From Mycobacteriales bacterium (GTDB taxonomy: Bacteria > Actinomycetota > Actinomycetes > Mycobacteriales > Nakamurellaceae), in the NCBI GenBank assembly GCA_038246445.1, contig JBBRVZ010000010.1, forward strand, positions 3,233 through 67,232: a stretch of 64,000 nt of DNA, read 5' to 3'. The position numbers and the translations under genes are program-made. The notes under the pieces were generated by a model that saw nothing but the letters and a program-made list of their open reading frames with translations, was not told the DNA's origin and did no database searches. Shown in pieces: positions 52,234-61,830 of this stretch. Numbering within the stretch: position 1 is the first letter of the stretch; every line of letters begins with the position of its first letter.

Positions 52234-52959
52234 TCAGAGGGGTACTCCGGGCACCACGTGCCGATTCGCGTGCAGGATCGCGGTTTGCCAGCCCTGTAGC
52301 TCGGTGCCCCGGATGCCGGCCGGCGGCGAGGACGACGGGTACATCAGATTTCGCGGCATCCGCACATGCGGCAGGTTCAGCGCATGCCCCAGCTCGTGGG
52401 CGAGCACGGTGTCGTCATAGGTGTGCGTCTGCGCCGGGTCGAACAGCGACGACTGCACGATGACCCAATCGGCGGAAATCCCCAGCGAGCAGCCGGTCAC
52501 CCGGCCGGCGATGGTGCGCACCACGATGACCGTCACCGGTGTCCCGACCACCATGGCGGACAGGTCTACCGGCGCAGAGTGCCGCCGGTAGAAATCCGTG
52601 CGGCCCAGCACATCGTCGAGCAGCAGCAACTTGTTGGCCCGCGGGTTCAGAGCCTGCGGCGGCGCCGGTTCGTCGATCAGCTGGATTCCCGCGACCCGGA
52701 CCCGGATACCCGCCTGCGCGGTCAGCACGTCGGTCGCCAGATCCAATGACGGTCGTATCGCCTGCGCGGTCGTCAGCGGACGCCCGTCCTCGTCGGAGAG
52801 GATGACGACGTGTACGCGCAGCGTCGCCGGACCGATCGTCGTCCCGGTCAGCGCGGCACGCGCGGCCTCTCCGGCGCGGGCCAGGCCGCTGGACGCATCG
52901 AGCGCCAGCCCGCCGAGCGCCCTGGACGCCGTACGAGTCAGACCGGTCAGCAGGTTCAC
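52234..52959 (-). CDS. Metzincin-type zinc metalloprotease (matrixin-like), with no obvious signal peptide
   Basis: VLAHELGHALNLPH gives HExxHxxNxxH, followed by ...PRNLMYP, a Met-turn like the ALMYP of matrixins. The GTG at 52959 overlaps the TGA of the upstream gene as GTGA; an alternative GTG lies at 52971. Confidence 0.7.
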   Translation of the reverse strand: MNLLTGLTRTASRALGGLALDASSGLARAGEAARAALTGTTIGPATLRVHVVILSDEDGRPLTTAQAIRPSLDLATDVLTAQAGIRVRVAGIQLIDEPAPPQALNPRANKLLLLDDVLGRTDFYRRHSAPVDLSAMVVGTPVTVIVVRTIAGRVTGCSLGISADWVIVQSSLFDPAQTHTYDDTVLAHELGHALNLPHVRMPRNLMYPSSSPPAGIRGTELQGWQTAILHANRHVVPGVPL

Positions 52960-53771
52960 AGCGGCGGCCACGGGATGGGCGTGCGGTGCGCCGGTGTGCG
53001 CGGGAAAACCCCGCTGGCGTCCAGCTTGTCGAGCCTGGCCCGCAACGCCCGCAGCTCGCTGCCGGTCAGCAGATCGGCGAGGTCGTCGCCCAGCCGGCCG
53101 TCGAGATCCGACCGCAGGCGGGTGATGCCCTCCAGGACGTCCGACGGGAGAACGCGTCCAGCCCAACCCCACAGGATGGTGCGGAGCTTGTCGTCGGTGT
53201 GAAAGGTGAGCCCGTGGTCGACGCCGAGTATCCGGCCGTCCGGCACCGGCAGCACGTGCGAGCCCTTGCGGTCGGCGTTGTTCACCACCAGGTCGAACCC
53301 TGCCAGCGTGGCGAGCCCTGGCGTGTCCGCATGCACGAGGGCCACCGCGCCGCCGTCCACGTCGACCGCTCGCAACACCGCGAGCCAACCAGAGGGGATT
53401 TTCTTCACCGGGGCGAGGTCGACGACATCTTCCGGATCGGCGTCATCGATCCAGCGCTGCACCATTCCCGACCCATAAGGCCCGTCCCGGAGCACCGTCA
53501 GCGGGACACAATCCCAGCCGGCACTGCGCGATACGAGGAAGGCGGCGCGTTCCCGGTCCGCCAGCGTGCCGTCGGGGAAGTCCCACAGCGGTCTCTCACC
53601 GCGAACCGGTTTGTAGATGCACGACACCGAAAGGCCATCCAGTGCAACCTCACCCAGCAGCGTCAGGTTGGAGGCGTCGCTGAGCCGTCCGGTGATCGAG
53701 ATCTCGCCGCTACAGATGATCTCGGCGACGACGTCGTCGGGAAGGCCCTGCGCCGGATCAGCCGATTGCAC
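52956..53771 (-). CDS. SCO1664-family protein (PI3/PI4-kinase-like fold; Rv2133c-like, from memory)
   Basis: 271 aa with ...GRLSDASNLTLLGEV...CIYKPVRGERPLWDFPDGTLADRERAAF...VVNNADRKGSHVL...GVDHGLTFH. Confidence 0.8.
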   Translation of the reverse strand: MQSADPAQGLPDDVVAEIICSGEISITGRLSDASNLTLLGEVALDGLSVSCIYKPVRGERPLWDFPDGTLADRERAAFLVSRSAGWDCVPLTVLRDGPYGSGMVQRWIDDADPEDVVDLAPVKKIPSGWLAVLRAVDVDGGAVALVHADTPGLATLAGFDLVVNNADRKGSHVLPVPDGRILGVDHGLTFHTDDKLRTILWGWAGRVLPSDVLEGITRLRSDLDGRLGDDLADLLTGSELRALRARLDKLDASGVFPRTPAHRTPIPWPPL

Positions 53772-54324
53772 CGCGGTGATACCCGTTCAGCCGCGGACAG
53801 ATGTGACCCTCGGCATCGAGGGGGTTGCCGCACAGCGGGCACGGCGGTCGACCGGCGGCGACGATCAACTCCGCATGCTTCGCAAAATCGCGGGCCTCGC
53901 CCAGGGAGAGAAACACCCGCAGCGCGTCCGGGCCCTCCTCGTTGTCCTCCAGGACGATGTTCTCGCCGACCTCCTCCTCGGACAGTGCCAGCAACTCGAC
54001 GATCACCTGGGAGCCCTCCCCGTCCCAGGCCAGACCCATGGTGCCGACCCGGAATTCGGCATCGACCGGGGTGGAGAGGGTCAGATCTGACGACGGTCCA
54101 GCGGCGGGATCGGCTTCCGCCTGGGCACCGAAACGACGGGCGACCTCGGTGATCAGCGAGCCCAGCCGATCGGCCAGGACGGCAACCTGCTGCTTCTCGC
54201 AGGCCACCGAGAGCACTCGACGGCCATCGACGACTTGGAGGAAGAATTCGCGTTCGCCAGGCTGCCCTACCGTTCCTGCGAGGAACCGATCGGGTGAGCG
54301 GAAGACGTGGATCTGTCGCGACAT
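53758..54324 (-). CDS. DUF3090 family protein (Rv2134c-like, from memory)
   Basis: 188 aa with MSRQIHVFRSPDRFLAGTVGQPGEREFFLQV...CPLCGNPLDAEGHICPRLNGY. Confidence 0.8.
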   Translation of the reverse strand: MSRQIHVFRSPDRFLAGTVGQPGEREFFLQVVDGRRVLSVACEKQQVAVLADRLGSLITEVARRFGAQAEADPAAGPSSDLTLSTPVDAEFRVGTMGLAWDGEGSQVIVELLALSEEEVGENIVLEDNEEGPDALRVFLSLGEARDFAKHAELIVAAGRPPCPLCGNPLDAEGHICPRLNGYHRGAIG

Positions 54325-54350
54325 GGCACCTCCGAGCTTAGGCCAACACT

Positions 54351-55181
54351 TCAGCGGGGAACCCCACCCGGAACGGCGTCCGAGTCGGACACGGCGTCAG
54401 CCGCGGACCCACCGGATCCGACCAGCACGGCTGCGTCGGCGCGCACGACATCGCCGCCCGCGGCGACGGCCTCCGCCGGGGCCGGGCGGAGTGAGCCGAG
54501 CTCGCCGGTGTCGTTGATGCGTTCCACGAACGGACGCAGAGCGGTGTACCGCACCACCGACAGCGACGCCGGTGCGACGACGATCCGCTGAAAGCAATCC
54601 AGGTGCATGCCCAGGGCGTCGGCCAGGATCGCCTTGATGACGTCGCCGTGCGAGCAGATGAGGACGGTCTGATCCTTGACCGCCGCGAGCCGCACATCTC
54701 GGATTGCCTCCGCCGCTCTGCTCGACACGGTGGCCAGGCCCTCACCGCCCGGGAAGACGGCTGCCGACGGATGCTGCTGGACGGTCCGCCACAACGGTTC
54801 GGTGGCGAGGTCCTTGAGGGGCCTGCCTGCCCAATTTCCGTAGTCCACCTCCGCCAACCGATCCTCGACTTCGATCGTCAGGTTGGTGGCGGTCGCGAAC
54901 GGCGTCACCGTCTGCAGGCAGCGTTCCAGCGGTGAGCAGATCAACCGGTCCACGGTGATGCCCGTCAACCGTTCGGCGACCTGGTCGGCCTGCGCGTTGC
55001 CATGGTCGTCGAGGTGGACACCCGGTGTCCGGCCGGCGAGGATGCCGCCCGTGTTGGCGGTCGACCGGCCGTGCCGGACCAGCAGCACGGTCACCACCGG
55101 CGGATGCTGATCGGCAGCAGGCGCCTGCTCCGGTCCGGGCGCGGTGGGCGCTGCTGCGGCACTGCCGGGGTCTTGGCTCAT
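54351..55181 (-). CDS. Histidine-phosphatase-fold protein (MSMEG_4193-type putative phosphomutase)
   Basis: VLLVRHGRSTANTGGILAGR carries the RHG motif, and ...CSHGDVIKA... is also present. It has a Pro/Ala-rich N-terminus. Confidence 0.85.
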   Translation of the reverse strand: MSQDPGSAAAAPTAPGPEQAPAADQHPPVVTVLLVRHGRSTANTGGILAGRTPGVHLDDHGNAQADQVAERLTGITVDRLICSPLERCLQTVTPFATATNLTIEVEDRLAEVDYGNWAGRPLKDLATEPLWRTVQQHPSAAVFPGGEGLATVSSRAAEAIRDVRLAAVKDQTVLICSHGDVIKAILADALGMHLDCFQRIVVAPASLSVVRYTALRPFVERINDTGELGSLRPAPAEAVAAGGDVVRADAAVLVGSGGSAADAVSDSDAVPGGVPR

Positions 55182-55217
55182 CTGGACTCTTTCTCAACTC
55201 TGCGGTTCGGCCTGGGA

Positions 55218-56048
55218 TCAGGTCGCGGCCAGCGCACCGGTGCTCAGGGCCACGATGATCGCCGCCGCCAACGCCCATCGGTACCAGACGAAGATCCTGA
55301 TGGTGTGGCCTGCGACGTACCGCAGCAACCAGGCGACCGAGGCGTAGGCCACCACGAAGGACACCAGCGTGCCGACCAGTGTCGGTATCCAGCCGACGCC
55401 GCCCTCCTGCAGGGCCGGCGGTAGTTCGTAGACGCCCGCGCCGAGGAGCGCCGGAATGCCCAGCAGGAACGCCAGTCTGGTCGCCGTCACCCGATCGAGC
55501 CCGCGCATCAGGCCGACCGAGATCGTCGCGCCGGACCGGGACACGCCGGGTATCAGCGCGAGTGACTGCGCAAAGCCGATGAGCAGCGCGTCGGTCAGGT
55601 TGAGGTCCCGTTCACCCCGGTTCTGCTTCGCCACCGACTCTGCGAGCAGCATCACCCCGCCCCAGACGATCAAGGCGAAGGCCACCACCCACAGACTCCG
55701 CAGGGGACCCGAAACGAGGTGCCGCCCGAGATATCCGACCACCACGATGGGCAGCGAACCGATGATCACCAACCACGCCAACCGGTAATCGGGATCCGAT
55801 CGACGGTCGGCGTGGAACAGGCCACGCAGCCACGCCAGAAACAGCGTGACGATCTCCGACCAGAAGTAGATGATCACCGCGGCGATCGCGCCGACCTGGA
55901 TGACGGCGGTGAAGCCCGTCACGGAGGGGTCGTCGATGGACAGTCCCAGCATCTTGGCGACGATCGTCAGATGCCCGGTGGAGGACACCGGCAGGAACTC
56001 GGTGAGGCCTTCGACGATGCCCAGCACGATCGCCTGCCAGATCGTCAC
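55218..56048 (-). CDS. uppP: Undecaprenyl-diphosphate phosphatase
   Basis: 276 aa with GIVEGLTEFLPVSSTGHL...PGVSRSGATI. Its start overlaps the stop of the LLM gene as GTGA. Confidence 0.93.
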   Translation of the reverse strand: MTIWQAIVLGIVEGLTEFLPVSSTGHLTIVAKMLGLSIDDPSVTGFTAVIQVGAIAAVIIYFWSEIVTLFLAWLRGLFHADRRSDPDYRLAWLVIIGSLPIVVVGYLGRHLVSGPLRSLWVVAFALIVWGGVMLLAESVAKQNRGERDLNLTDALLIGFAQSLALIPGVSRSGATISVGLMRGLDRVTATRLAFLLGIPALLGAGVYELPPALQEGGVGWIPTLVGTLVSFVVAYASVAWLLRYVAGHTIRIFVWYRWALAAAIIVALSTGALAAT

Positions 56049-57109
56049 GACAGTGCTCCGGCCTGGTCCATGGCCTGCATCACCGTGGTCAGGGTCGCGA
56101 TCTTGCCCCCCAGGTCGGCATCGAAACAGCTGACGCTGATCGACGTCACTCCCCCGTCGGACAGCCGCTGCAGCCGCTCTGCGATCCGCTCCCTGGAGCC
56201 GAGCAGACTCGTCCGATCAAGGAATTCGAAGGGCACAGCGGCCGCCGCACCCGAGTAGTCGCGCGACATGAAGCACGCCTGCACCTCGTCGGCCTCGGTC
56301 CGGTAGCCCATCTCGCTGGCAGTGCGGTGATAGAAGTTCGTCGTCGCCGAGCCCATTCCTCCGAGGTAGAGCGCGGCATGGGCACGGACGCGGTCGGCGG
56401 CAACGGTCGGATCGTCGGCGACCGACACCGGGACAGCGGCACAGATGTCGATCTCGCCGGGATCGCGGCCGGCTCGCAACGCCGCGTCGGCGATCCGGGT
56501 GATCGACCCGGCCGCGGTCTCCGGATCGAAGAAGATGGCCAGCCAGCCGTCGGCGATCTCGCCGGTGAGGTCCAGATTCTTCGGTCCGAGAGCGGCAAGG
56601 TAGACCGGGATCGATGGGCGGACCGGCTGCAGCGCCAGCACCAGCGCCTTTCCGGGTCCGTCGGTCAGCGGCAGGGTGAAATGACGCCCACCCGACGTCA
56701 CCCGTCGTCGGGTCAGCGCCTGCCGGACGATCTGTACGTACTCGCGGGTGCGTCCCACCGGGTCGGCGAACCGGACACCGTGCCAACCCTCGGAAACCTG
56801 TGGGCCGGACACGCCCAGACCCAACCGGAAACGCCCGCCCGAGAGGGCATCGAGGGTGGCGGCCGTCATCGCTGTCATCGCCGGGGTGCGGCCCGGGATC
56901 TGCAGGACCGCCGATCCGATACCGATGCGGTGGGTCCTCGCGGCGACCGCGGACAGCACCGTCACCGCGTCCGAGCCGTAGGCCTCGGCGGCCCAGACCA
57001 TGTCGAATCCGAGCGATTCGGCGGCCTGCGCCAAGGCGAGGTTGTCCGACAGCTCGGCGGCCGTGGTGACATAACCCAGGTTCAGCCCGATGCGCAATCG
57101 ACGTACCAA
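56045..57109 (-). CDS. LLM-class F420-dependent oxidoreductase
   Basis: RIGLNLGY...AESLGFDMVWAAEAYGSDA...GRFRLGLGVSGPQVSEGWHG. I chose the TTG at 57109, preceded by GGGAGA. The ORF is open up to 57184. Confidence 0.85.
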   Translation of the reverse strand: MVRRLRIGLNLGYVTTAAELSDNLALAQAAESLGFDMVWAAEAYGSDAVTVLSAVAARTHRIGIGSAVLQIPGRTPAMTAMTAATLDALSGGRFRLGLGVSGPQVSEGWHGVRFADPVGRTREYVQIVRQALTRRRVTSGGRHFTLPLTDGPGKALVLALQPVRPSIPVYLAALGPKNLDLTGEIADGWLAIFFDPETAAGSITRIADAALRAGRDPGEIDICAAVPVSVADDPTVAADRVRAHAALYLGGMGSATTNFYHRTASEMGYRTEADEVQACFMSRDYSGAAAAVPFEFLDRTSLLGSRERIAERLQRLSDGGVTSISVSCFDADLGGKIATLTTVMQAMDQAGALS

Positions 57110-57348
57110 GCTGACATCTCCCTGCTGCTCGTGACGGTGATCGGCGCCTGCGGCGCGCGCCGACCACCCGGCCGCACTCGACAACGCGACCGCTCGCCCG
57201 GAGAACGCGGCAGCGCCGCGATGCCTCGGTCACGGTACCCGTGAGCTATCCGTTCTCCGGCGCCGCTGTCCGCGTCACGGACATCACACCACCCAGAAAC
57301 GGGCGCCCGTTGCCCTACCTGACGCGGGTCGGTCGATAGGTTGCGTTC

Positions 57349-58287
57349 ATGCAATCCCGTCGCGTCGGTCGCAGTGGTCTGCAGGTGTCCCGGCTGGGCC
57401 TGGGCACGATGACCTGGGGACGGGACACCGACGCCGACGCCGCGGCAGCGCAACTCGAGGCCTTCGTCGGCGCCGGTGGCACGTTGATCGACACGGCGAA
57501 CATCTACGGCGACGGCGAGGCCGAGTCCATCCTCGGCACGCTGGTGCCGGACGTGGTGAGCCGGTCGTCGGTGGTGCTGTCCACCACGACGGTCGGCGTC
57601 GGCGGCGGACGCGGATCCCTGCTGGCCGCCCTCGACGGCTCGCTGAGCAGGCTCGGAACCGATCATGTCGACCTGTGGCAGGTGCACGGGTTCGACGCCG
57701 CGGTGCCCTTCGAGGAGACCTGCACGGCGCTGCGGACAGCGGTGCAGTCCGGTCGCACCCGCTACATCGGCGTGTCCGGCGTCAACGGCTGGCAACTCGC
57801 CACGGTGGCCGGCTTCCTCCGGGGGACGGCGCCCGGGACCCCGCTGGTGTCGGTGGAGTCGGAATACTCCCTGCTCGAACGGGGTCCGGAACACTCCGTG
57901 CTGCCCGCGGCGGCCGTCCACGGTCTTGGTCTGCTCGCCTGGGCGGCGCTGGGCCGTGGGGTGCTGACCGGCAAGTACCGGCACGGCACACCGGCCGACT
58001 CCCGTGGCGCCTCACCGCACTTCACCCGGTACGTCGGCCGTTACCGCACCGAGCACGGGGCCCGGATCGTCGAGGCGGTCGCGACTGCCGCTGACGGGCT
58101 CGGCACATCCCCGCTCGCGGTGGCTTGCGCGTGGGTCCGGGACCGCCCCGCCGTGTCCAGCGTGGTGATCGGTGCGCGCGACCGTGCGCAGCTGCTCGGC
58201 TCCCTCGCGGCCGAGGAGATCACCCTGCCGGCGGAGATCCGCGGGGCGCTGGACGACGTCAGCACCGGAAGCGGTTCCAGCTCGTAG
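57349..58287 (+). CDS. Aldo/keto reductase
   Basis: 312 aa with MQSRRVGRSGLQVSRLGLGTMTWG...IDTANIYGDGEAE...DLWQVH. Confidence 0.9.
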   Translation: MQSRRVGRSGLQVSRLGLGTMTWGRDTDADAAAAQLEAFVGAGGTLIDTANIYGDGEAESILGTLVPDVVSRSSVVLSTTTVGVGGGRGSLLAALDGSLSRLGTDHVDLWQVHGFDAAVPFEETCTALRTAVQSGRTRYIGVSGVNGWQLATVAGFLRGTAPGTPLVSVESEYSLLERGPEHSVLPAAAVHGLGLLAWAALGRGVLTGKYRHGTPADSRGASPHFTRYVGRYRTEHGARIVEAVATAADGLGTSPLAVACAWVRDRPAVSSVVIGARDRAQLLGSLAAEEITLPAEIRGALDDVSTGSGSSS

Positions 58288-58331
58288 CCGATCCGGACAC
58301 CGTCGCCCTTGCGCGACGGTATGGTCCGGGC

Positions 58332-60329
58332 GTGTCCGATGTGTTCGCCGAGTTCTGTGCCGCCGGCCTGTGGCCGGGACTGGGGCAGGCGACGTCGGCG
58401 AAGCTGACCGAGGTGGGGGTCCGGTCACCGACCGACGTCACGGCCGCCAAGCTCGGTGCGATTACGCGGATGACGGATCGGCGGGCGAACCGTCTGGTGA
58501 TGAGCTTCATCGGGGCGGGGCAGATCTACCAGATCGCCGAACTGCTGGTGCCGCAGGACATTCCGGTCCGCTGGTCGATCAGGCTCGCCGACCTCCTTGG
58601 CGAGGACGCGGCCGCCTCGCTGCGGGCGGACCCCTGGCGGTTACTGGCACTACCGGACGCGGCCGTCGCGCAGGCCGACCGACTGGCCAGGTCGATCGAA
58701 CCCGACGTCCACCGGGAGGACCCGCGGCGCGGCCGCGCACTGGTCGAGTGGACCCTGGCCCGCTACGCGCGCGAGGGACATACGACGGCTGCGGCCGCAC
58801 AGGTGGCCGGTGCGCTGCGCCCGTTCGGGGTGGACGCCGAGGCCGCCATCGGGGCGGCGCTGGCCACCGAGGCTGTGGTGGCGGTGCCTGCTCCCGCAGC
58901 TGCTGCACGTCCACCCGAGCGCGCCGACGGCGGGCAGTGGATCGCTCGAGAACCGCTGGCACGCGCGGAGTCCGACATCGCCGGCGGTATTGCCCGGCTG
59001 GTTCGGACCGCGTCCACGATCGCCGGTCAGCGGGCGGTCAAGGGTGTGATCGGCGGGCTGGACCAAGTGCAGGCGGGTGCTGTGGCGCTGGCCGCCGCGC
59101 ACGGCGTCAGCCTGTTGACGGGAGGGCCCGGAACCGGGAAGAGCCGGACCGTCGCGGCCATCGTCGCGCTGTGCCGCAAGGTCGACACGTCGATTGCGCT
59201 GGCCGCACCGACCGGCCGCGCGGCCAAGCGGCTGGAGGAGCTGGCCGGGAACAACGCGACAACGGTGCACCGCCTACTGGGTGCCAGACCGCCGGTCCCG
59301 GGCGCGACCGGGTCCGTGTTCGATCATGACGCCGCGAATCCCATCGAAGCCGATGTCGTCGTCGTCGACGAGACCTCGATGCTCGACGTCGAACTGGGTG
59401 CGGCGCTGCTGCGCGCGCTGCCGGACTCCACCCATCTGGTGATCGTCGGCGATCCGGCGCAACTGCCGTCCATCGGACCGGGACGGGTCCTGGGCGATCT
59501 CATCGACAGCGGCACCCTGCCCGTCACCGAGTTGACGACGCTCTACCGGCAGACGGAGGGCGGGTCCATCGCCCGGCTGGCCACCGCGGTGCGGGCCGGT
59601 GAGCTCCCGCCGGTCGACGACCCGACCCGTGAGGTGGTGGTGGTGCCGGCCCGAGGTTCCGACGAGGCCGCCCGGCGGGTGGTGCAGGTGGTGACCGACT
59701 CGGTTCCCCGGGTGTTCGGCTGTGACTCCGATCAGATCCAGGTCGTGACGCCGGTGCACCGCGGTCCGGCCGGAACGCAGGCGTTGAACCGCGCGCTCAA
59801 GGCGGTGCTGAACCCGGGCTCGGGCACCGTGCGCGGTTTCGATGCCGGAGACCGGGTAGTCGCGACGGCCAACCATCTCGACGCCGAACCGAACGGGTAC
59901 GCCAACGGCGAGGTCGGCACCGTGCGCTCGTGCGGCGACAACTCACTGCAGGTCGCCTTCACCGGTGGCGAATCAGCCATCGCCGGCAAGGCCCTCGGGG
60001 ACCTTCTGCACGGGTGGGCGATCACGGTGCACCGGGCACAGGGGTCGGAGTGGGACGCCGTGGTGGCCGTGATCCCGCCGGAGGCCGGTGCGATGTTGTC
60101 CCGACCGTTGGTCTACACGGCGCTGACCAGGGCGCGCCGGCACCTGTCGGTCGTGCACGCCGCCGGGCCGGCGCTGGCCCGAGCCGTCCGGGACATCGGA
60201 TCCATCCCGCGCCGCACCCGACTGGCGTCCCTGCTGCGTACGGAACTGGGCACGGAACTGGGCCGCGACGATGTCGCCGACCCGCAGGGTCCGGCGGACT
60301 CGTTGATTCCGGTGCCGGCGGCCCGATGA
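58332..60329 (+). CDS. RecD-like (SF1B, RecD2/YrrC-type) ATP-dependent DNA helicase
   Basis: N-terminal HhH-like region, Walker A LLTGGPGTGKSRT, VVVDETSMLD, LVIVGDPAQLPSIGPG, and a C-terminal ITVHRAQGSEWD. I chose the GTG at 58332, after the AKR stop. Confidence 0.85.
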   Translation: MSDVFAEFCAAGLWPGLGQATSAKLTEVGVRSPTDVTAAKLGAITRMTDRRANRLVMSFIGAGQIYQIAELLVPQDIPVRWSIRLADLLGEDAAASLRADPWRLLALPDAAVAQADRLARSIEPDVHREDPRRGRALVEWTLARYAREGHTTAAAAQVAGALRPFGVDAEAAIGAALATEAVVAVPAPAAAARPPERADGGQWIAREPLARAESDIAGGIARLVRTASTIAGQRAVKGVIGGLDQVQAGAVALAAAHGVSLLTGGPGTGKSRTVAAIVALCRKVDTSIALAAPTGRAAKRLEELAGNNATTVHRLLGARPPVPGATGSVFDHDAANPIEADVVVVDETSMLDVELGAALLRALPDSTHLVIVGDPAQLPSIGPGRVLGDLIDSGTLPVTELTTLYRQTEGGSIARLATAVRAGELPPVDDPTREVVVVPARGSDEAARRVVQVVTDSVPRVFGCDSDQIQVVTPVHRGPAGTQALNRALKAVLNPGSGTVRGFDAGDRVVATANHLDAEPNGYANGEVGTVRSCGDNSLQVAFTGGESAIAGKALGDLLHGWAITVHRAQGSEWDAVVAVIPPEAGAMLSRPLVYTALTRARRHLSVVHAAGPALARAVRDIGSIPRRTRLASLLRTELGTELGRDDVADPQGPADSLIPVPAAR

Positions 60330-60435
60330 TCCCGCTGGCCGATCGCGGCCCTGCGCAGTGGTCGGTAGGGTGCGGTGTCGGCTTCCATCGGCCGCGGGGT
60401 CTGCGGCCGCGGCGGCGGCCCTCATCACGGAGGTG

Positions 60436-60717
60436 ATGGCCATCATCGGTCACGAGACATCAGGGTCGGTAGACGCTCCGGGGTCTTCGCCGGGCCGGCA
60501 GACCCGGCCCACGTGGGTCCCGTCGGACGACTTCGATTACCAGCCGTTGCGGATCGACGCCGCGGTCTCCCGTTCCGCGGCAGCGACGATGCTCGCGATC
60601 CGCGCCGAGTTCTCCGGCTGGGAGCTGGCCAGGGTACTGCGATTCCCGGACGGCAGCCGGCGGGTCTGGCTGCGTCGCGATCGGTCATCGGGGCTGCTGC
60701 CCGACCTGACGCCCTGA
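60436..60717 (+). CDS. DUF5703-like small protein
   Basis: The ATG at 60436 is preceded by GGAGGTG. ...DYQPLRIDAAVSRSAAATMLAIRAEFSGWELARVLRFPDGSRRVWLRR matches the family signature as I remember it. Confidence 0.65.
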   Translation: MAIIGHETSGSVDAPGSSPGRQTRPTWVPSDDFDYQPLRIDAAVSRSAAATMLAIRAEFSGWELARVLRFPDGSRRVWLRRDRSSGLLPDLTP

Positions 60718-60720
60718 GCG

Positions 60721-61492
60721 GTGAGCACCCAGACGTCGCCTGATGGGTCCGGCGATGAAGCGCCCCAGCAGCATTCAGACCCGCGCTCCCCACCTGGTGC
60801 GGCCGACCCGGGTTGGACGAACACTCGCTCACAGGTTCTCCGGGACGCGGCCGGAGTTTCCATCGCCACCGGCGCCTACGCCATCTCCTTCGGCGCGATC
60901 GCTCTTGCTGCCGGGCTGAATTTCTGGCAGACGATGGCGTTGTCCCTGCTGATGTTCACCGGCGGAAGCCAATTCGGCCTGGTGGGCGTCGTCGCCGGAG
61001 GTGGCGCACCGCTGGCCGGGGCCGCGACGGCGATCATGCTCGGGGCCCGGAACTCCGCTGTACGGATTGAGGCTGTCCGAACTGCTCGGCGTCCGCCGCG
61101 GAAGGCGTTTGCTGGCAGCACATCTGGTCATCGACGAGTCCACCGCGATGGCGATCGGCCGGGACTCCGACCGCGCGGCCCGATGGGGTTTCTACTGCAC
61201 CGGGATCGGCGTGTTCCTGATGTGGAACCTCGGCACTGCAGTGGGTCTGGTGGGCGCGTCCTGGCTGTCCGATCCACGATTGCTCGGCTTGGACGCGGCC
61301 GCCCCCGCGGCGTTCCTGGCGCTGCTCGCACCCCGGCTCCGCGACCGTGAGGCGTGGGCCGTGGCTCTCGCCGCGGCAGTCGTCGCCCTGGTGGCAGTAC
61401 CTTTCGTCCCGGTCGGCGTGCCGGTCCTGATCGCCGCGCTGGTCGGCGTCATCGCCGGGTTCTTCCCGGGCCGAGAGGATCGGGTCCGCTGA
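60721..61492 (+). pseudogene. azlC: AzlC-family branched-chain amino acid exporter permease, frameshifted near 61057 (ORF pieces 60721..61350 and 61001..61492)
   Basis: Frame 1 reads ...AISFGAIALAAGLNFWQTMALSLLMFTGGSQFGLVGV...AIMLGARNS, then becomes Arg-rich. Frame 2 continues LYGLRLSELLG...AAHLVIDESTAMAI...GLDAAAPAAFLALLAP..., which is the expected AzlC C-terminal half. Confidence 0.65.
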
Positions 61493-61803
61493 TGTTATGG
61501 ATCGGCATCGCGGTCGGCGCGTTGGGCTGTTACTTGTTGAAACTGGCCGGGCTGTCCGTTCCGCGCACCGTGCTGGAGCGGCCGAGAGTGCAACGCATCG
61601 CCGCGCTGCTGCCGATCGTCCTGCTGTCCGCTCTTGTTGCGGTGCAGACCTTCTCGTTCGGCTCGGCCTTAGTTCTCGACGCTCGGGCCGCCGGGCTGGC
61701 GGTCGCCGGGGTGGCCGTGTGGCGCAAGCTGCCGTTCCTGGTCGTCGTGAGCCTGGCAGCGGTGACGACCGCCCTGTTCCGACAGTGGTTCCCGGGCAGC
61801 TGA
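61492..61803 (+). CDS. azlD: AzlD-family branched-chain amino acid transport protein
   Basis: 103 aa, hydrophobic: MLWIGIAVGALGCYLLKLAGLSVP... Its ATG overlaps the stop of the azlC 3' frame by 1 nt (TGATG). Confidence 0.75.
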   Translation: MLWIGIAVGALGCYLLKLAGLSVPRTVLERPRVQRIAALLPIVLLSALVAVQTFSFGSALVLDARAAGLAVAGVAVWRKLPFLVVVSLAAVTTALFRQWFPGS

Positions 61804-61830
61804 TGTCGTCGGCCGGTGCTCTCGCTCGGC

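Noticed and set aside
58125-58331. An upstream extension of the helicase ORF that overlaps the aldo-keto reductase gene.
   Set aside because: The text is Arg/Gly/Pro-rich and out-of-frame-like, and it overlaps the 3' end of a good CDS. The first plausible start after the AKR stop is the GTG at 58332.
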